Positions 37,150 to 50,719 of a stretch of DNA of 64,000 nucleotides are shown here, piece after piece. Within the stretch, counting starts at the first letter, position 1. The number at the start of each line of letters is the position of its first letter. The notes below the pieces were generated by a model. That model did no database searches and was not told where the DNA came from. It saw only the letters and a program-made list of their open reading frames with translations. The stretch is taken from the NCBI GenBank assembly GCA_034780895.1, contig JAUZTB010000079.1:17420350-17484349 (forward strand), in the 5' to 3' direction. Both the position numbers and the translations under genes were made by a program. This stretch comes from Rhynchobatus australiae (taxonomy: Eukaryota).

Positions 37150-38425
37150 ACATTGGTATCTACCTGACAATGTGAAAAATTGCTCATGCATGTCTTTTTC
37201 CATAAAAAGCTGGGCAAATCCAGTCCAGCTAATTACTTTCCAATTGGTCTGCTCTCAGTCAGCAAAGTAATGCAAGGTATCACGGTCATGGCTAACAAGC
37301 ATCACTTACTAACCAATAATCTACTCACTCATGCCAAGTTTGGGTTTAACCAGGACCACCCATTCCAAACTTCACAGCCTTGTCCAAACAAGAACCAAAG
37401 AGCTGAAAACCAAAGATGCGATTTATGATTAAGGCACCGTTTGACTGTGACATCAAGGCACCCTGGTAAAGGCGAAGTCAAATGGGCATAACAGGGCAAA
37501 TGTGTTAATTACTGGTCTCATTAACCATGTTAATGGTTGGGGTCTTTGGAGGCCAATTGTCACAACCCCAGAATATCACTGCAAGAGTCACTCGAAGCTG
37601 CATCCTAGGCTGCTTCAATCACCCTTCCATCACTGACGAATGCACAAATCCATTCGCGACTTCTCAGTAAATCTACTTGTTTCTACCTGCATGCAGCATG
37701 ACATCAACAACATGCAGTCATTGGTTGATAAGTGGCAAGTACCATTCAACCACAGAAATGCTAGTCACGACAGTCTCCATCGAGAGCAAGTCAAGCCAGC
37801 TACCCCTGACATTCAGTGGTACACCACGTCCCTACAATTGATCAGAAAGTCAGCCTGACCAGTCACATACATACAATGCAGATTAGAGGCTGTGTATCCT
37901 TTGTGACTCACCTCCTGACACCCAAAAGCCTTTCCATCATCTACAAAGCACAAATCAGGAATATGTTAGAATATTCTCCATACAACTATAACTCCAACTC
38001 CTCTCAAGAAGCTTGATGTTATCCAGGACAAAAGGAACCCACTTGATTAGTGCTCCATCTATCACCCTAAACATGCATTGTATACATTGGCACACAGTGC
38101 TTACAGTGTATACTGACTACAAAATGAATTATAATTACTCACCTAGGCAACTTCAACACCACTTTCCCAACTTGCAACCTCTACCACCGAGACGAACAGG
38201 GCAGCAGTCACAAGGGAACACACCAAATGCGGGTGCCCGTCTTGGAAATATACCAGTGGTCCTTCACAGTCACTGGGTATGAAACTGAACTCTCCAACAG
38301 TGCTGTGGGAGCACCTTCACAGGAAGGACCAAGGCAGTTCAAGAAGGTGACGCACCATCACCTTCAAGGGCAATTAGAATGGGCCATAAATGCTGGCCTT
38401 GTCAATGACACACAGATCCAATAAA
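37150..38425 (+). mobile_element. L2/CR1-clade LINE, degenerate RT region plus 3' tail
   Basis: ORF 37180..37428 (KSSPANYFPIGLLSVSKVMQG...NNLLTHAKFGF, RT domains 0-2: NYRPISLL...QFGF), plus DKWQVPF and IYKAQIRNMLEYSP; 3' tail caccatcaccttcaagggcaattagaatgggccataaatgctggcc. Confidence 0.85.
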
Positions 38426-38699
38426 CTTAGATTCCACATTTAAATCTTGGAGAGGGAATTAAACCCTTGACTTAATGGCTTGGAGACAAGGTGGTTATTA
38501 ACTGAGTTTATCAACTACCAAGTGAGTCAATGATGTTGGAAATAACTCTTTGTCTGTCAATACCCGTATGATTAGTGATATGCCAAGAAAACATTAAACA
38601 GATCTCTTTAAAATGCAAAGCTTTAAATTGAAGTATCCAGTGAATCAAAGTTATCTTTAAAAACATTATATTGAGATGCTTCTAATAAATTAAAAGCCA

Positions 38700-39062
38700 T
38701 TAATATAGCATCTTTAACATTGCAAAAATATTCCAAACACTTCAAGGGACAACAAAATAAATTACACGGAGCCACGATGTTTGCTGGAGCTTGGGTCAAA
38801 TGCTTGTTTAAAGATGGAGCTTTTAAAGAGCATCTTGGAAAGTGGAAAGAGAGACAGAGGTTCAAGGAGGGAAATCTGCAGTTTAGGGCCTTGGCAGTCT
38901 GACACAGCTGCCAATTTCAGATTAAATTTAGGGATGATCAGAGTCCAGAATTTGAGGAGCAGAAAGATCATAGAGAGCTATAGGGCTGGAGGAGATTACA
39001 GAGACAGAAAAGGGGTGTGTCCACATAGGGATTTAAAAATCAAGGATGAGAATTTTTAAACA
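38700..39062 (-). mobile_element. L2-like LINE 3' fragment
   Basis: Reverse-oriented tail (atatagcatctttaacattgcaaaaatattccaaacacttc...) shared with 185-360 and 50185-50345. Confidence 0.55.
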
Positions 39063-39629
39063 ACAGCTGTAAAGTCTTCTGATGTCAAGTGCTTGATGGT
39101 ATTACAGTTATTAGTACAATGAATAAATTACAAGAGCAACATAAAAATTCCTAAATAAACTCTATAGGTTAGAACTACAAATGAAAATCTAAATCCATGA
39201 GTAATGCATTAACTTTATAAATAGAAATGCAGATGGTATATTCATGTGGATTTTGGTTTACATCAAGCAAAAATTGATCTTGCTTTCGTTGGATACAAGG
39301 AATCATTGTGGAAAAGTTGATGAGATTGCAGTGGTTATATTACTGGAAAAGCATTTTGGATGTCTGGACTGTCATTGTAAACCAAAATGGTTCACAAATC
39401 CTCTTTGCAGAAGAAAACCATCACCCAAGCTGTCCTGTATCTGATCCCAGCCTTCTGAACTGATCTAGCAAATCACTAAGAAGCACAAAAACCAAGTTCA
39501 GCACCACCATCTGCCTAGGGATGACAATTAATACCAGCCTTTCCAATGACAGCCCTACACTGAAAATAAAGGTTCAAACTATTATGAAGAAAATTGACCA
39601 AATAGATCATTTGCACAGTTCATTGGAAA

Positions 39630-40112
39630 AATAGAAACATTGAAAAATAGCAGAAGCAAGCTATTTGGGATTTTGAATCTGCTCTGTTATTCAATACAAT
39701 CATGGCTAATGCTCTTATCTCAGTATCATTTTCCTTCTCTCTCCCTATACCCCTTCTGCCTTGTGTCTAGAAATCCATTTCCTCCTTAAATATATTCACT
39801 GACTTGGCCTCCACAGCTTTTTGTGATGGAGAACTCCACAGGTTCACCACGCTCCTCACTATGTACATTAACAATCCTGATCTTATCTCCATTTAAATAA
39901 TACTGTGTCTTTTTATTTTTTCTATTAAGGTGATCAACTTCACATTTATCCACACACTATACTGTATTGGTCATGCATTTGACTACTCACTCAACTCGTC
40001 TATATTGCCTTGAAGCCTTTTTGCAGCTTCCTCGCAACTTTGTTGGCTTTGCGTCATTAACAAACTTAGAAATGTTACATTCAGTTCCCTCATCCAGATC
40101 ACTGATATCATG
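39630..40112 (-). mobile_element. CR1-type LINE fragments
   Basis: ORF 39987..40232 (SDLDEGTECNISKFVNDAK) is a degenerate RT motif (DLDEGxxCNISKFADDTK); reverse CR1 tail at 39630-39850. Confidence 0.8.
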
Positions 40113-40608
40113 AATATGCCATGAAAGATTCAAATTATGGTGAATGGAACTTAAATATTTATTAATTGTAAAAAGTGAAGTCAGAGGGAATTTTTCTCCC
40201 AGAAATATAACTGTTCTGGAATAATCAACCAAGGAATTAAGTACATGACATTGATCAAGACAATGTTGATTAAGAATGAGAAAGGAGTGAGTTTTATGAT
40301 TTGAAAATAAGTGGGATTGGTCTACGAAAAAGGGAGCAGTGGTCTTATTGCAATCTTAAAGATTCTCTTCAATAGTTTGCTTTGGAATCTTCCAGTCCTA
40401 GATATAGTCTTGTGGCCAATTCCACACCTCAGGAGATGTCAAGGCACAAAGTTGCAGAGGAGATTTACGAGAAGGTACCAGGATGAAGGACTATTGTTAG
40501 ATGGAAAGACTGGAGTTATTGAGTTTGTTCCCATTTGAGCAGAGAAATAATTCATTATATGCACCGAATACAAACAATATGCTTCGGCACCCACTGGGAT
40601 TTAGTTAC

Positions 40609-40776
40609 CTCCATGGAGCCCATTTTCCGGGCCTTGGTCAGGGCTGACTTCCTGTGACTGTGAAAGGGCTCAGCTGGCTGAGGCAAGGCTGGGAGAAATC
40701 CATCCACATCATCATTCCCTCGATTCTCTGAAAGATCCTCCATGCTGCCCTGATCGGTTTTAGAGCCACCTTCATT
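40609..40776 (-). CDS. PPIP5K1: PPIP5K1 coding exon (disordered region): NEGGSKTDQGSMEDLSENRGNDDVDGFLPALPQPAEPFHSHRKSALTKARKMGSME
   Basis: Overlaps ORF 40555..40743. 168 nt, phase 0 to 0, acceptor ccatag| and donor |gtaact. Resembles mammalian NEEMKTNQGSMENL...RKAGSME. Confidence 0.92.
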
Positions 40777-41906
40777 CTATGGAGGTAAGAAACCCCATTA
40801 CAACCAACTCAAAGACTTCATTAAATGATGATTGGTCAAGAAAGAGCAAAGTATAGAAGCACGTCATTCCATTGCTTTTCAAAATAGCTGTCAATCCCAA
40901 ACAGGCAAGGACAGGTGCATGAACTGCTGGAATAATTTGGATAAATATGTGGAAGGGAGATTTGCAGGGTTAATTGGATTCCTCTTCAAAGAGCAAACAC
41001 AAGCAAGATGGCCCAAATGGCCTCTTCCTGTGTCTGTAAATGACCCTGGTGCGATGACCATTTTGAAATTTCACCACTCTATTGATGGTCTTTTACAATG
41101 TGATTCACTTTTGTGGTTGCCCAGGCTCCAGCCTTTCACAGCAGTTGCTGTCATATCTACATATCTGGGTAAAGTTGGAGTACGGCCAGGGAACACAAAC
41201 AATTTTATTTCAGCTCCTGATCCTTCCCACCTTTGGGATGATGCAGATTAGTACCATCCTAGCTGTTACAAGCCAAATATATAGATCAGTAAAAGAATAA
41301 GGCAGTAATAGAACATTTTATTGTGGTTACTTAAATTAAGATTTGCTTGAAAATATTAGTTTTCAAATTATACTACAGTATACTGTAAGTACAATTCTCA
41401 TGGTTAGCAGTAATTGATGTTTTAAAATTATTCTTTATGAAGCTAATGCGTCTAACTGGGTATTTTTCAAAGGCTGCAGGGAGATTCACCGGTTTCAGAA
41501 GGAGATACAAAAATGAAAAACCCTCCAAAAACAACACAAGCAGGATCATGCAAATTCATCAAAATGATTTACTAAATTGCAAACCCTGCCAATTAAAAAA
41601 TCCATTTGATCAAAATCACAAGATGTTTATTCCTCAACCGAAGCTCCTCCTTGAGGCGATATCCCAGCAAGAGGCTCAAAGAGGCCAAAATGTTCTCCTG
41701 CCAGTTAAAAGCATGCCCCAAGTCTCAAGGGTGGGATTGGAACATGCAACCCTGTAACATGGAGTCTCCTAATTAGGCCACAGCTGACAAAAGAGAATTG
41801 TAAGAGAATTTTGGGCTAATAAATCCAAATTAAGACTGAAGAAAAAAAAAAGTATACACTTTTTTTGTATTTTGTAAAGGGATTATGCTAACCCGCTGTG
41901 AATTAC

Positions 41907-42023
41907 CTCAGCTGACGCAGGACGAAAGCCAGATCCCGTAGGGGCATTTTCATCCTCGTCACAACCTTTAGCCCCTGGACTGAAATGAAGCTCCACGTGA
42001 AATCGCTCTTCAGAAGAAGGGTC
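41907..42023 (-). CDS. PPIP5K1: PPIP5K1 coding exon: [39 protein letters not shown]
   Basis: Manual translation. 117 nt, phase 0 to 0, acceptor ctgccag| and donor |gtaatt. [12 protein letters not shown] marks the end of the phosphatase domain. Confidence 0.96.
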
Positions 42024-42564
42024 CTGGCAGAAAGCAGCAGAATGTTGAGAAACCAATAGCATACGTTACAATACAGCAGCACGGATCACGTGGGTAAAGC
42101 TATTAATAAAACATAAAAGATCTTGGGCTCTGCAGCAGAGGCCTGGAGAACAAGTTATGCTTAATCTTGATAAATCATTGGTTAGGCCCTATCTGCAGTA
42201 CTGTGGCCACCATGCTTGAGGAAGGATGTGGAAAATAAGACTTGGACATATACTGAAGATTTGCCACATGCAGGCCTGGAAGATGGGATTAGGCTGGTGG
42301 CTCTTTTACAACTAGCATGGCCACAAATGGGCCAAATGGCCCTGCATTATAAATTATCTAATGATTCTAATGTTTTGGAGACAATGCAGAGGAAGTGTAC
42401 TGGAAAGGTTCTAGGGTTTAGTCACACAGAAGCAGGAGAAACTGGAATTATTCTCTTTAGGGAGCAGGAAGAGATGAGGGGTTTGGAGAGCAAAGAGGGA
42501 GGATCAGTAACCAGAGGATACTGAAACAAGTTAATTGACTTAAAAATAAGCAAGGGGACACGAG

Positions 42565-42850
42565 AGACCACAGATGCTGGAGGAACTCAGTGGGTCATAT
42601 AGGATCAGTGGAGGCAGGGGGACGGTTGACTTCTTGGGTCAAAACACGGCATCAGGACTGAGTGTAGAGGGAAGATTGCCAGTACAAAGAGCTGTGAGGT
42701 AGGGGCTGGTAGATAATGTGGAAGCAGGCGAGAGGAGTCAGGGGTGGTGGGGATGATGGACGAATGGAGCCAGGTTGGTGGAACTGGAGTGAGTGTGGGG
42801 GAAGAAAGGGAAGAAAGAAAGAAGGAAAAGGAGAAGGGATAGGGAGAATT
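42565..42850 (-). mobile_element. Penelope-like element terminal (pLTR) fragment
   Basis: cagatgctggaggaactcag...gggtcaaaacacggcatcaggactg is homologous to the left arm of 32030-32120, followed by a purine-rich tract. Confidence 0.7.
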
Positions 42851-43117
42851 GCTTGTAAACAAAAAAATTATTACTTCAAGTTATGCTACATAAAATAGTG
42901 ATACCTGTATTCATTACTAAATGGAATTGGATATACATTTGAAAAAGAAGAAAGTTACAGGCCAAGGGAACAGGGCAAAGGAGGGGGACTACTTTGGACA
43001 GCTTTTTCAAGAAATCAGCATGGGGCAAGAAAGCTTAAGGAAGGTAACATTTTATAACCACAAAAAGGAGGCAACCAAGAGGCATGCCGGGGAAAAAAGC
43101 GATTGGAAAAGCTATAA

Positions 43118-43890
43118 TAAAAAACAGAAAATGCTGGAAACACAGGAGATCAGTGTCTGTGGGAAGAGGACATTTTACGTCAAGGACCCTTCACCAGAAC
43201 TGGTAAAGAGAGAAAATCCAATTAGTTTCCAGTAAGAGGTAGGGGAATGATGGGTAGAATAAAAAGGAAATATTTCAAGTAGGGCGAGTCCAAATGGGTT
43301 AAAAGGGTAGAGGTACAAACAGATTGTGCTTCTTTGTCATTGTAATATATTGTTAATGGCGAGGATGCAGTATATGGCTAGCTGTCCAGATTACAAAAAA
43401 TAAGAAAAACTTTGCCAAAATTATAACAGGCAGAAATGGTCAGTTTTGATACAGACAGAGTGAGCAAGTTACTCAAATTTGGAGAATTCAATATTGACTG
43501 CAGAAGGTTGCAATGTGCCCAGAAGGCAGATGAGGTGTTGTTCCTCAGGCTTGCATTGGCCTTGTTGTAGCAGTGTAGGAACCACAGACAAAGATTTGTT
43601 ATGCGGGACATGCCCAGCAGGCCAAAACATATCCCACAACCCTGTTATTAGCAACGCATAATGTAACAAAGCAGCATAATGTGCTTCCAACTACAGCATA
43701 AAACCACATGGTCTCATCCTATCAGAGATATTCCCTCTGTTCTACCGACTTCTCCTCCACCTTCTCTGCAACTGCAAACAATATTTTTCTCTTTCCCAGA
43801 TCTGATGTAGAATCTTGGACATGAAACATTAACTGCTTCTCTCTCCATAGATTCTGCCTGACCTGCTAAGTGTTTCCAGCATTTTGTTTT
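43118..43890 (-). mobile_element. Penelope-like element remnant with inverted termini
   Basis: ORF 43469..43690 (...QCKPEEQHLICLLGTLQPSAVNIEFSKF) matches the PLE GIY-YIG C-terminus. Termini ~43120-43215 and ~43785-43890 are imperfect inverted repeats. Confidence 0.85.
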
Positions 43891-44289
43891 CTTTAGTGTA
43901 ATGGGTTAATTGGTCTCTATCAGTGTTGTTTTATACAATAACTGGAAATTTTCTTATTGCCTTAATAATGCAAAGAAACTTGCCTCATGTCATCATGACT
44001 CACTGACTCCCCTCCCTGTTATGAGGGAATGCCCATGAACAACAGTGTACAGAATTTGACAAGGAGTACATAACCTTCTTTAGATTAATCAATCAGAAAT
44101 GCAGAAGGCATCAGGAGCAGTCACTTTCAAAACAAACTTCTGGATGATTTATGAAATTCACTAAGAAAAATTGGGGCAACTGTTTGACAGGTTAAACAAT
44201 AAAAAAAATGCCTGGGGATATGGTGGTAGGAATTATGTTCAATATCTTTAATAAGCCCCTCTGATCAATTCCTTCAGTCATAGGGGGAT

Positions 44290-44712
44290 AAAGAACCAGG
44301 AGCAGGCCATTCAGTCCTTTGTACCCGCTCCAACATTCAACAACAGATGCAATATCACCAGAGCTCTGTGTTACCACATAAATATATTCAACTCCTCTTG
44401 CAGCAAAAGCCAACATACTGTTGCCTATTGCTTTCTCTCAGTATGCTAACTTTCAGGTGATTCATACAGAAGAACACCCAGGCTAAGGTGCAAACCAACA
44501 TCTTTCAATCTCATCATTTTAAAGAAATCTTCTGCCTGCCAAAGTCACATCTTTCCACTTGCCCATTCACTTAGCTTGTCTATATCCCCTGGAAACCCTT
44601 TCTGCATACTCATCACAATCCACATTAATGCCTAGCTTTCTGTCACCAGCATACTTGGATACATTCCACCTGATTCCCTTCATCCAAATCTTTGCTTATA
44701 GACTGAACAATT
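44290..44712 (-). mobile_element. CR1-type LINE fragments
   Basis: Reverse tail ggagcaggccattcagtccttt; ORF 44192..44416 begins MLAFAARGVEY (CR1 GMLAFIARGxEY). Confidence 0.7.
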
Positions 44713-45899
44713 GACTTGGTAGATTTAAATGCTCTCTACTGCACACTGTTGTTTAGGGCAGCACATTAGAAAAGCCACAACCACTCAAGACATTACCTCA
44801 CTTTGTACCATTGAAAAAATTTCAATGCAACAAACGCTCACTGCGCTGCACACCATATACAAATTTCACACATTTATTTTTATTCTGTATAAAACCTGGA
44901 GGATTCTCTTCTCAACATACTAAACTGTAAAAATAATTTACCAAAATTTATACTTTAGTGACTTCAACACCTAGATAATGCTGTTGCCAGGTGATTCTTG
45001 GAGAAGACAAATCTAGAAACTGGGTGAAGATAGAGGAAGTGATTAAACACTTAAGAGGCAGTGCATGTGCAGGTCTTAGGAGGAGAGAGCAGTTTTTGAA
45101 TGGGCTTGTATTTACATTGTGCCTTTCACCTTTTTGGACCTGTAGATCCATTGTGTAACGGGGAAGGTGATTTTTGGAACCCATTGCTCGCAGCCTGATA
45201 AAGGGAAGCCAATTCAACATTAACTTTCAAACTGGAATTAGACAAGTACTTAGGGTGAAAAAATTATTTATATCCAGAAGCGTCAAAGAATTGGGGTTAA
45301 GTAATGGCTTTCAAAAGGTTCGCACAAGCCTGATGGGCCCCCCCCAATGGCTTCCATCTCTGCTTTAGTATTTTGTGTTTTACAACTAAAAACTGGTTTT
45401 CTAAATTATTTATCAGTCTTATTTTATCAGATCAATGAATCACTATAAATATCCACAAGTGTTTTATAAGCTTCATCAGATTGTTAATGCCTCAAATCCC
45501 AATTAACATTACTCTTTAATTTTATAGATATGNNNNNNNNNNNNNNNNNNNNNNNNNNNNNNNNNNNNNNNNNNNNNNNNNNNNNNNNNNNNNNNNNNNN
45601 NNNNNNNNNNNNNNNNNNNNNNNNNNNNNNNNNNNNNNNNNNNNNNNNNNNNNNNNNNNNNNNNNNNNNNNNNNNNNNNNNNNNNNNNNNNNNNNNNNNN
45701 NNNNNNNNNNNNNNNNNNNNNNNNNNNNNNNNNNNNNNNNNNNNNNNNNNNNNNNNTACTGCTCAGGATCGTGCTTGGCGATGGGCAAGGTGCTCCAGTT
45801 GAAAATGGTGACTTCTCAATGGGAAGGGAAGAAGAGAGAGAGAGAGAAAAAAATAATCACACAATTAGGCCATTTTACCCAGTGAAAAACAGATAGTAT

Positions 45900-47045
45900 A
45901 TGATTATTTTGATGAGGGAACAGAGAAGATTGTTAATCTGAATACAGTGGATGTTGTTTATATGAATTTTAAGAAATTATTTGACAAGTACCATTAAAAG
46001 GTTGGTTTACAAAACTGAGGCTCATGGAATAGGATAGTCATAATCAGCTTAGACAAAACAATTGGTTCACGGGCAGATAACATCATGTTTGTAGTGAATG
46101 GTTGCTTTCCATAACAGGCAGTGGTGTTCCCCGATGGTCTGTACTTGGATCACTTTATGTAAATGATTTGGATGTTCAAATATAGAAAAAAATTTCAAAA
46201 TTTGCTGATGACACCAAATTTAGAAGTGTGCTAAATCAGCCATAACAGGACACCAAAAGACGAGCAGAACAAACAAACAAGAGGCACGAGGAAGTTAATA
46301 CAAGAGCAAGGTGGGGCAGAATGGATGGGAAGAGGCAATGTAGACACATTTCTAAAGAGTATCAAGGAGCAAAAGGGATCTGAGGGTGCATGTACATAGA
46401 TCTGTGAAGGGTAACAGACATATTGGAAAAAGTAGTTAGCAAAGCAAAATATAGAATCTTGAGCTTTATAAATGGATATACTTATTACAAAAGTAGAAAA
46501 TTCATGTTGCCTTCATAAAGCTTATACAGCAGTGGATCTAGTTCTGGTCACCATGGCTTGAGGAGGACGTGAAGGTCCCCAAGAGGACGCAAAGGAGATT
46601 TTCTAGAATGGTTCCAGGGATGATCGATTTTAGACTCAAGGTTAGATGGGAGAAGCTGAGGCCATTTACATTTGAGCAAAGAAGGACAAGGGGAGATTTG
46701 AAAGAGGTGGACAACATTATGATGTGTTTTTCAAGAGTGGACAAAGAAAAGCTGCTCTCACTAACAATAAGGATTAGAAAGCATAGAATAAAACTTTATT
46801 TTGAAAAGAGGTGGGATGAAGAATTTTTTCCCCCTACACAAATAGAGCCAGTAGTAATGACCTGAAACACACCGACTAGGAGGGTGGTGGAAGTTCAGAC
46901 AATGATTTTAAAAGAAAAAAAATTAGGTAAGTACTTGAAGGAAATAAACTTGCAGAATTCCAGGACATAAAGCTGGGGAACCAGACTGACTGAATAGCTC
47001 CGAGCACCGAAAAGGAATCAATGGGCTAAATGGCCTCCTGTACTG
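45900..47045 (+). mobile_element. CR1-type LINE, degenerate RT region to 3' end
   Basis: gtggatgttgtttatatgaattttaagaaattatttgacaagt (VDVVYMxFKKxFDK); tcaaaatttgctgatgacaccaaa (SKFADDTK); ORF 46569..46865 (QRRFSRMVPGM...RRTRGDLKEV); tail atgggctaaatggcctcctg. Confidence 0.9.
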
Positions 47046-47108
47046 AAAATCCATTCTGCTGCATCTGGAAAAAAAAGGGAGCATTTCCATGTTGTTATCT
47101 TATTGTAC

Positions 47109-47216
47109 CTTATTGTTATCCTCATACAGCATGATAACAATCTGAGTCATGTAGTTCAGTTCCGAGACTGCCCCAAGATAGTCCATGGCTCTCTTCCACT
47201 GCTGATCTTTTAGCTC
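47109..47216 (-). CDS. PPIP5K1: PPIP5K1 coding exon: [36 protein letters not shown]
   Basis: Manual translation (not in ORF track). 108 nt, phase 0 to 0, acceptor ttcttag| and donor |gtacaa. Contains the [15 protein letters not shown] signature. Confidence 0.96.
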
Positions 47217-47630
47217 CTAAGAATCAGAGGAAAATCTATTAATGCTGACTAATAGTGACTAAAGAATTCTTGTGACAGATTGAGTAGGTAGCAGAAGGAG
47301 GTAACTGTTCATTGGGGGGTGGAGGGGGGGGGGTGTGAAGAGGAAGACATTGAGGAGCGGAGGAGGAAAGCAGCTCATGGACTGATGGGGTGTTGGGTCA
47401 ATTAATAAAAAATGACATTCCCTCCTGTCAAATTTTGTTTAGAGTTGAACACCGACTTGTTGAGCAAAAGACGATACTGTGACAGTAAAAGGTGCTACTT
47501 NNNNNNNNNNNNNNNNNNNNNNNNNNNNNNNNNNNNNNNNNNNNNNNNNNNNNNNNNNNNNNNNNNNNNNNNNNNNNNNNNNNNNNNNNNNNNNNNNNNN
47601 CATACTGTGACAGTAAAAGGTGCTACTTAC

Positions 47631-47745
47631 TCCCAAGAGACCCCCGTAACGAAATAAGCTCAGCAAAGAATGAACATGGCTCTCGCTCGTAAAGTACAAC
47701 CGTGTTCGAACATGGCGTCCAGGAGACATCACCCCTCTAGAATAG
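47631..47745 (-). CDS. PPIP5K1: PPIP5K1 coding exon: [38 protein letters not shown]
   Basis: 115 nt, phase 2 to 0, acceptor atttag| and donor |gtaagt. [22 protein letters not shown] and RYGGLL match PPIP5K1 rather than PPIP5K2 (SPERH..., RYGAL), from recall. Confidence 0.96.
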
Positions 47746-49331
47746 CTAAATAACAAGACAAAAGATAAACAGGTGAGCAGAGTGGTGCACAAGGAAACAA
47801 TAGTGGACTATCATTTCTATGGCACCTTTCACAAGGCAAGTTACATGTTTGATATGTTGAGGATAGGATGTGTCAGTTGCCACAAACAGCAACCCAATAA
47901 TGACTAGATGAAGGGATAAATACTGACTGGGATACTGTGGGTAACAACTCTGGTTCTTCTTTGAACTAGTTGCATGGGATCCTACATTTATGTAGAACAC
48001 CCCCAAAGTAGCCCCCTCCCCCCTCCAAAGATGGTGGTTGGGCTCCCAGCTTAATGTCCTGCTCAAAGTGTGGCATTCTGCAGATCTGCATTGGGAGAGT
48101 CGGTGTATTAATTCAGACAAATCAAAGAATATTCTGTGTTAGAATGGTGGCAGGGATGGTGGTGAAGAAAGACACATTAGGAGGGGAAAGGCACAAATCA
48201 AGAAAACTTGTACTAGACCCACAACCTTCTAACTGAGAAGGTAGGCCTAGCCCAACACCACATGGGGGATAAAATGGGTTAAGGTAGGATTAATGTAAAG
48301 ATGGCTGCTTGATGGGCCATTTCTGTGCCGTCTCTCTTTACAATAAAGCATTGTCAAGGTTTACCAGATTGAGTCTTGGGATAATGTGCTTACTGTACAA
48401 GGAGAGCTTACGCAGACTGGTCCTACATTCTCTCTGGCTCGGAAGAATGAGAGGTGAACACACTTAAGCATATATAATTGTTATGGGACTTAACATGGGG
48501 GAATACAGAGTGGTATTTTCCCTGGCTAGGGCATGNNNNNNNNNNNNNNNNNNNNNNNNNNNNNNNNNNNNNNNNNNNNNNNNNNNNNNNNNNNNNNNNN
48601 NNNNNNNNNNNNNNNNNNNNNNNNNNTAATCCTTCTCTCCCAACCCCAATCTCACTTGAGTAACTCCCTAATAGCCCCCTAATCACTTCTTCCAAAAAAG
48701 ATAATTAACTCAGCACAGACTGGGATTGGTTCTTTCAAAGACACAGGAACTCCCATCATCCAACAACACTGATGGGGACCAATGGGTTCCAAAAATCACC
48801 TTCCCTGTTCCACAACAGGTCTATAAGTCTACTGTGACCGTCTCTCACCATACAAACAAAGGAATTAAGGATCCTCCATCCATCCACCCAACTCAACTAC
48901 CAGAATTACAGGACTGTGCAGCACAGGAGGAGGACATTCAGCCCATCATGCCTGTGCTAACACTGCGAAAGAGGGCTCCAATTATCCCCACACCTTTGCC
49001 AGCAACTGAGTGATTTTGTCTTCCTTTACAACTACTTACCAAATTCAATTTTGAAATTTATTATTGAAATTAGTTCCTCCTCCCCCGCGCTTTTAGGCAG
49101 TGAACACAAGTTTAAAAATATTTGCCACCCTGATTTTTTTTTAAGAAAAGCAAAACGCTTGTAAAAATCTCAAGCTTACAGATTTTCTTTTGAGGATTTT
49201 CCCTCNNNNNNNNNNNNNNNNNNNNNNNNNNNNNNNNNNNNNNNNNNNNNNNNNNNNNNNNNNNNNNNNNNNNNNNNNNNNNNNNNNNNNNNNNNNNNNN
49301 NNNNNNNNNNNNNNNNNNNNNNNNNNNNNNN

Positions 49332-49435
49332 TCATCTTCATGCGTCCTTTGTAAATCCAGCTGCATCTTCTTGATCAGTGGAAGGCAGTATCCATAGGCA
49401 ATATCCAACTTCTCTTCCTTATTGATGCCGTATTC
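49332..49435 (-). CDS. PPIP5K1: PPIP5K1 coding exon, 3' part lost in N-gap: [34 protein letters not shown](E)
   Basis: Within ORF 49112..49498; acceptor tttttcag|GAA. The expected remainder (about SVNKLHPL) and the donor fall in gap 49206-49331. LQRTHEDE is PPIP5K1-type. Confidence 0.94.
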
Positions 49436-50719
49436 CTGAAAAAGGAAAAACAGTAAATGTCTGCAACATGACAGTCCAGTAAAGAGATACTCAGTCAATT
49501 CCAGACAAGGTCATGACAAAAAGTTTTGCACTCAAAGCAGCAAGAATAAAAGAGATTATGGTAAACATACAGACAATACTTTAGCCACAGAGCTCAGGCC
49601 ATTCCACAGGAAACTGAAATTCTACGGAGAGGGCACCACGCAAATTCACAAGCATAATGTTAACTCATGTGAAATGGGGCCAGTCTTTCTTTGAGCTATT
49701 ATTTCCCAAGGCCAAAGCTGGATTTAGCAGCAATTTTATCCTGATAGGCTTTGGTGGAGTGAATAATGAAATGTTAAGGTCTCTGATTGATAACTGTGAC
49801 AAAAGGGTCATCAATTTAAAATCAGCACTGCAAGATTGAGGAGAGGGCTTAGCAAAAATGTCATTATTCAGGAATACTTTACCACAGATACAGAATAAAG
49901 CTAGATGCTTTTTTTAAGGAAAGAATGGATAACAGGGTCACAGAGGAGTGAGGAGAGCACAGGGCAGTGATCTTAGTATCAGATTGCTTCGGCCAAGATC
50001 CAGCAAAATTAGCCTTCTGCATTTCAAGCATCTGCCACTGCTCGTTTTAAGCACCATCTGAATTTATTTTAGATCTGTAGGTTTTTACTCTCACCAACTG
50101 TTTTCTTTTTGCTGTGGAACAAACCCTGCAATTTCTCAGTGTGTTACCAGCCCCATGATAAATCAATCCCACCTCCTCAATAACAAGCATTTATATAGCT
50201 CATTAATGCAGTACAACATCCAAAGATGCTTCACAGGAGCAATGTTAGACAAATCTGAACACCATGCCAGAGAAACCAATCTGAAGACAGGTGAATAAAC
50301 AGCTCGATCAAAGAGGTGGGTTTTAAGGAGGTCTCAAGATCAAAGATATGGGGGCAGAAAGCTGCTATTTTGGAAAACAGTTGTACAAACCCAGGCTGAT
50401 TCTGGAAAGCACCTTATCCCCTTCTCACAAAACACTCCTAATTCCACTTTTGTTGCTGCGTACTCCTGTAGGACGTACCCGTACCTGTGACAGCATCATG
50501 CCATACCAGGAAGGTCTCATGAGGTATGAGGGGCCATCAAGTTGTCCAGCAAAAGATGGGAGGGAGTAGGAAAGTGGGCTGCAGCAAACTAGGAGATGAA
50601 TGTGGTGATTATGGGGCAAAATTGGGATGGGGTGTGTTGGGAGACAGGAGTAACAAGGCAAGGGAATGAGGAGCTCACAGCTCAAGTCCTGTTCATCAAA
50701 TAGGAACATAAATTTACAG

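Noticed and set aside
47310-47335. G-runs as a possible G-quadruplex (also 18172-18185)
   Set aside because: Simple homopolymer tracts; the transcript strand is C-rich there, so no RNA G-quadruplex would form.
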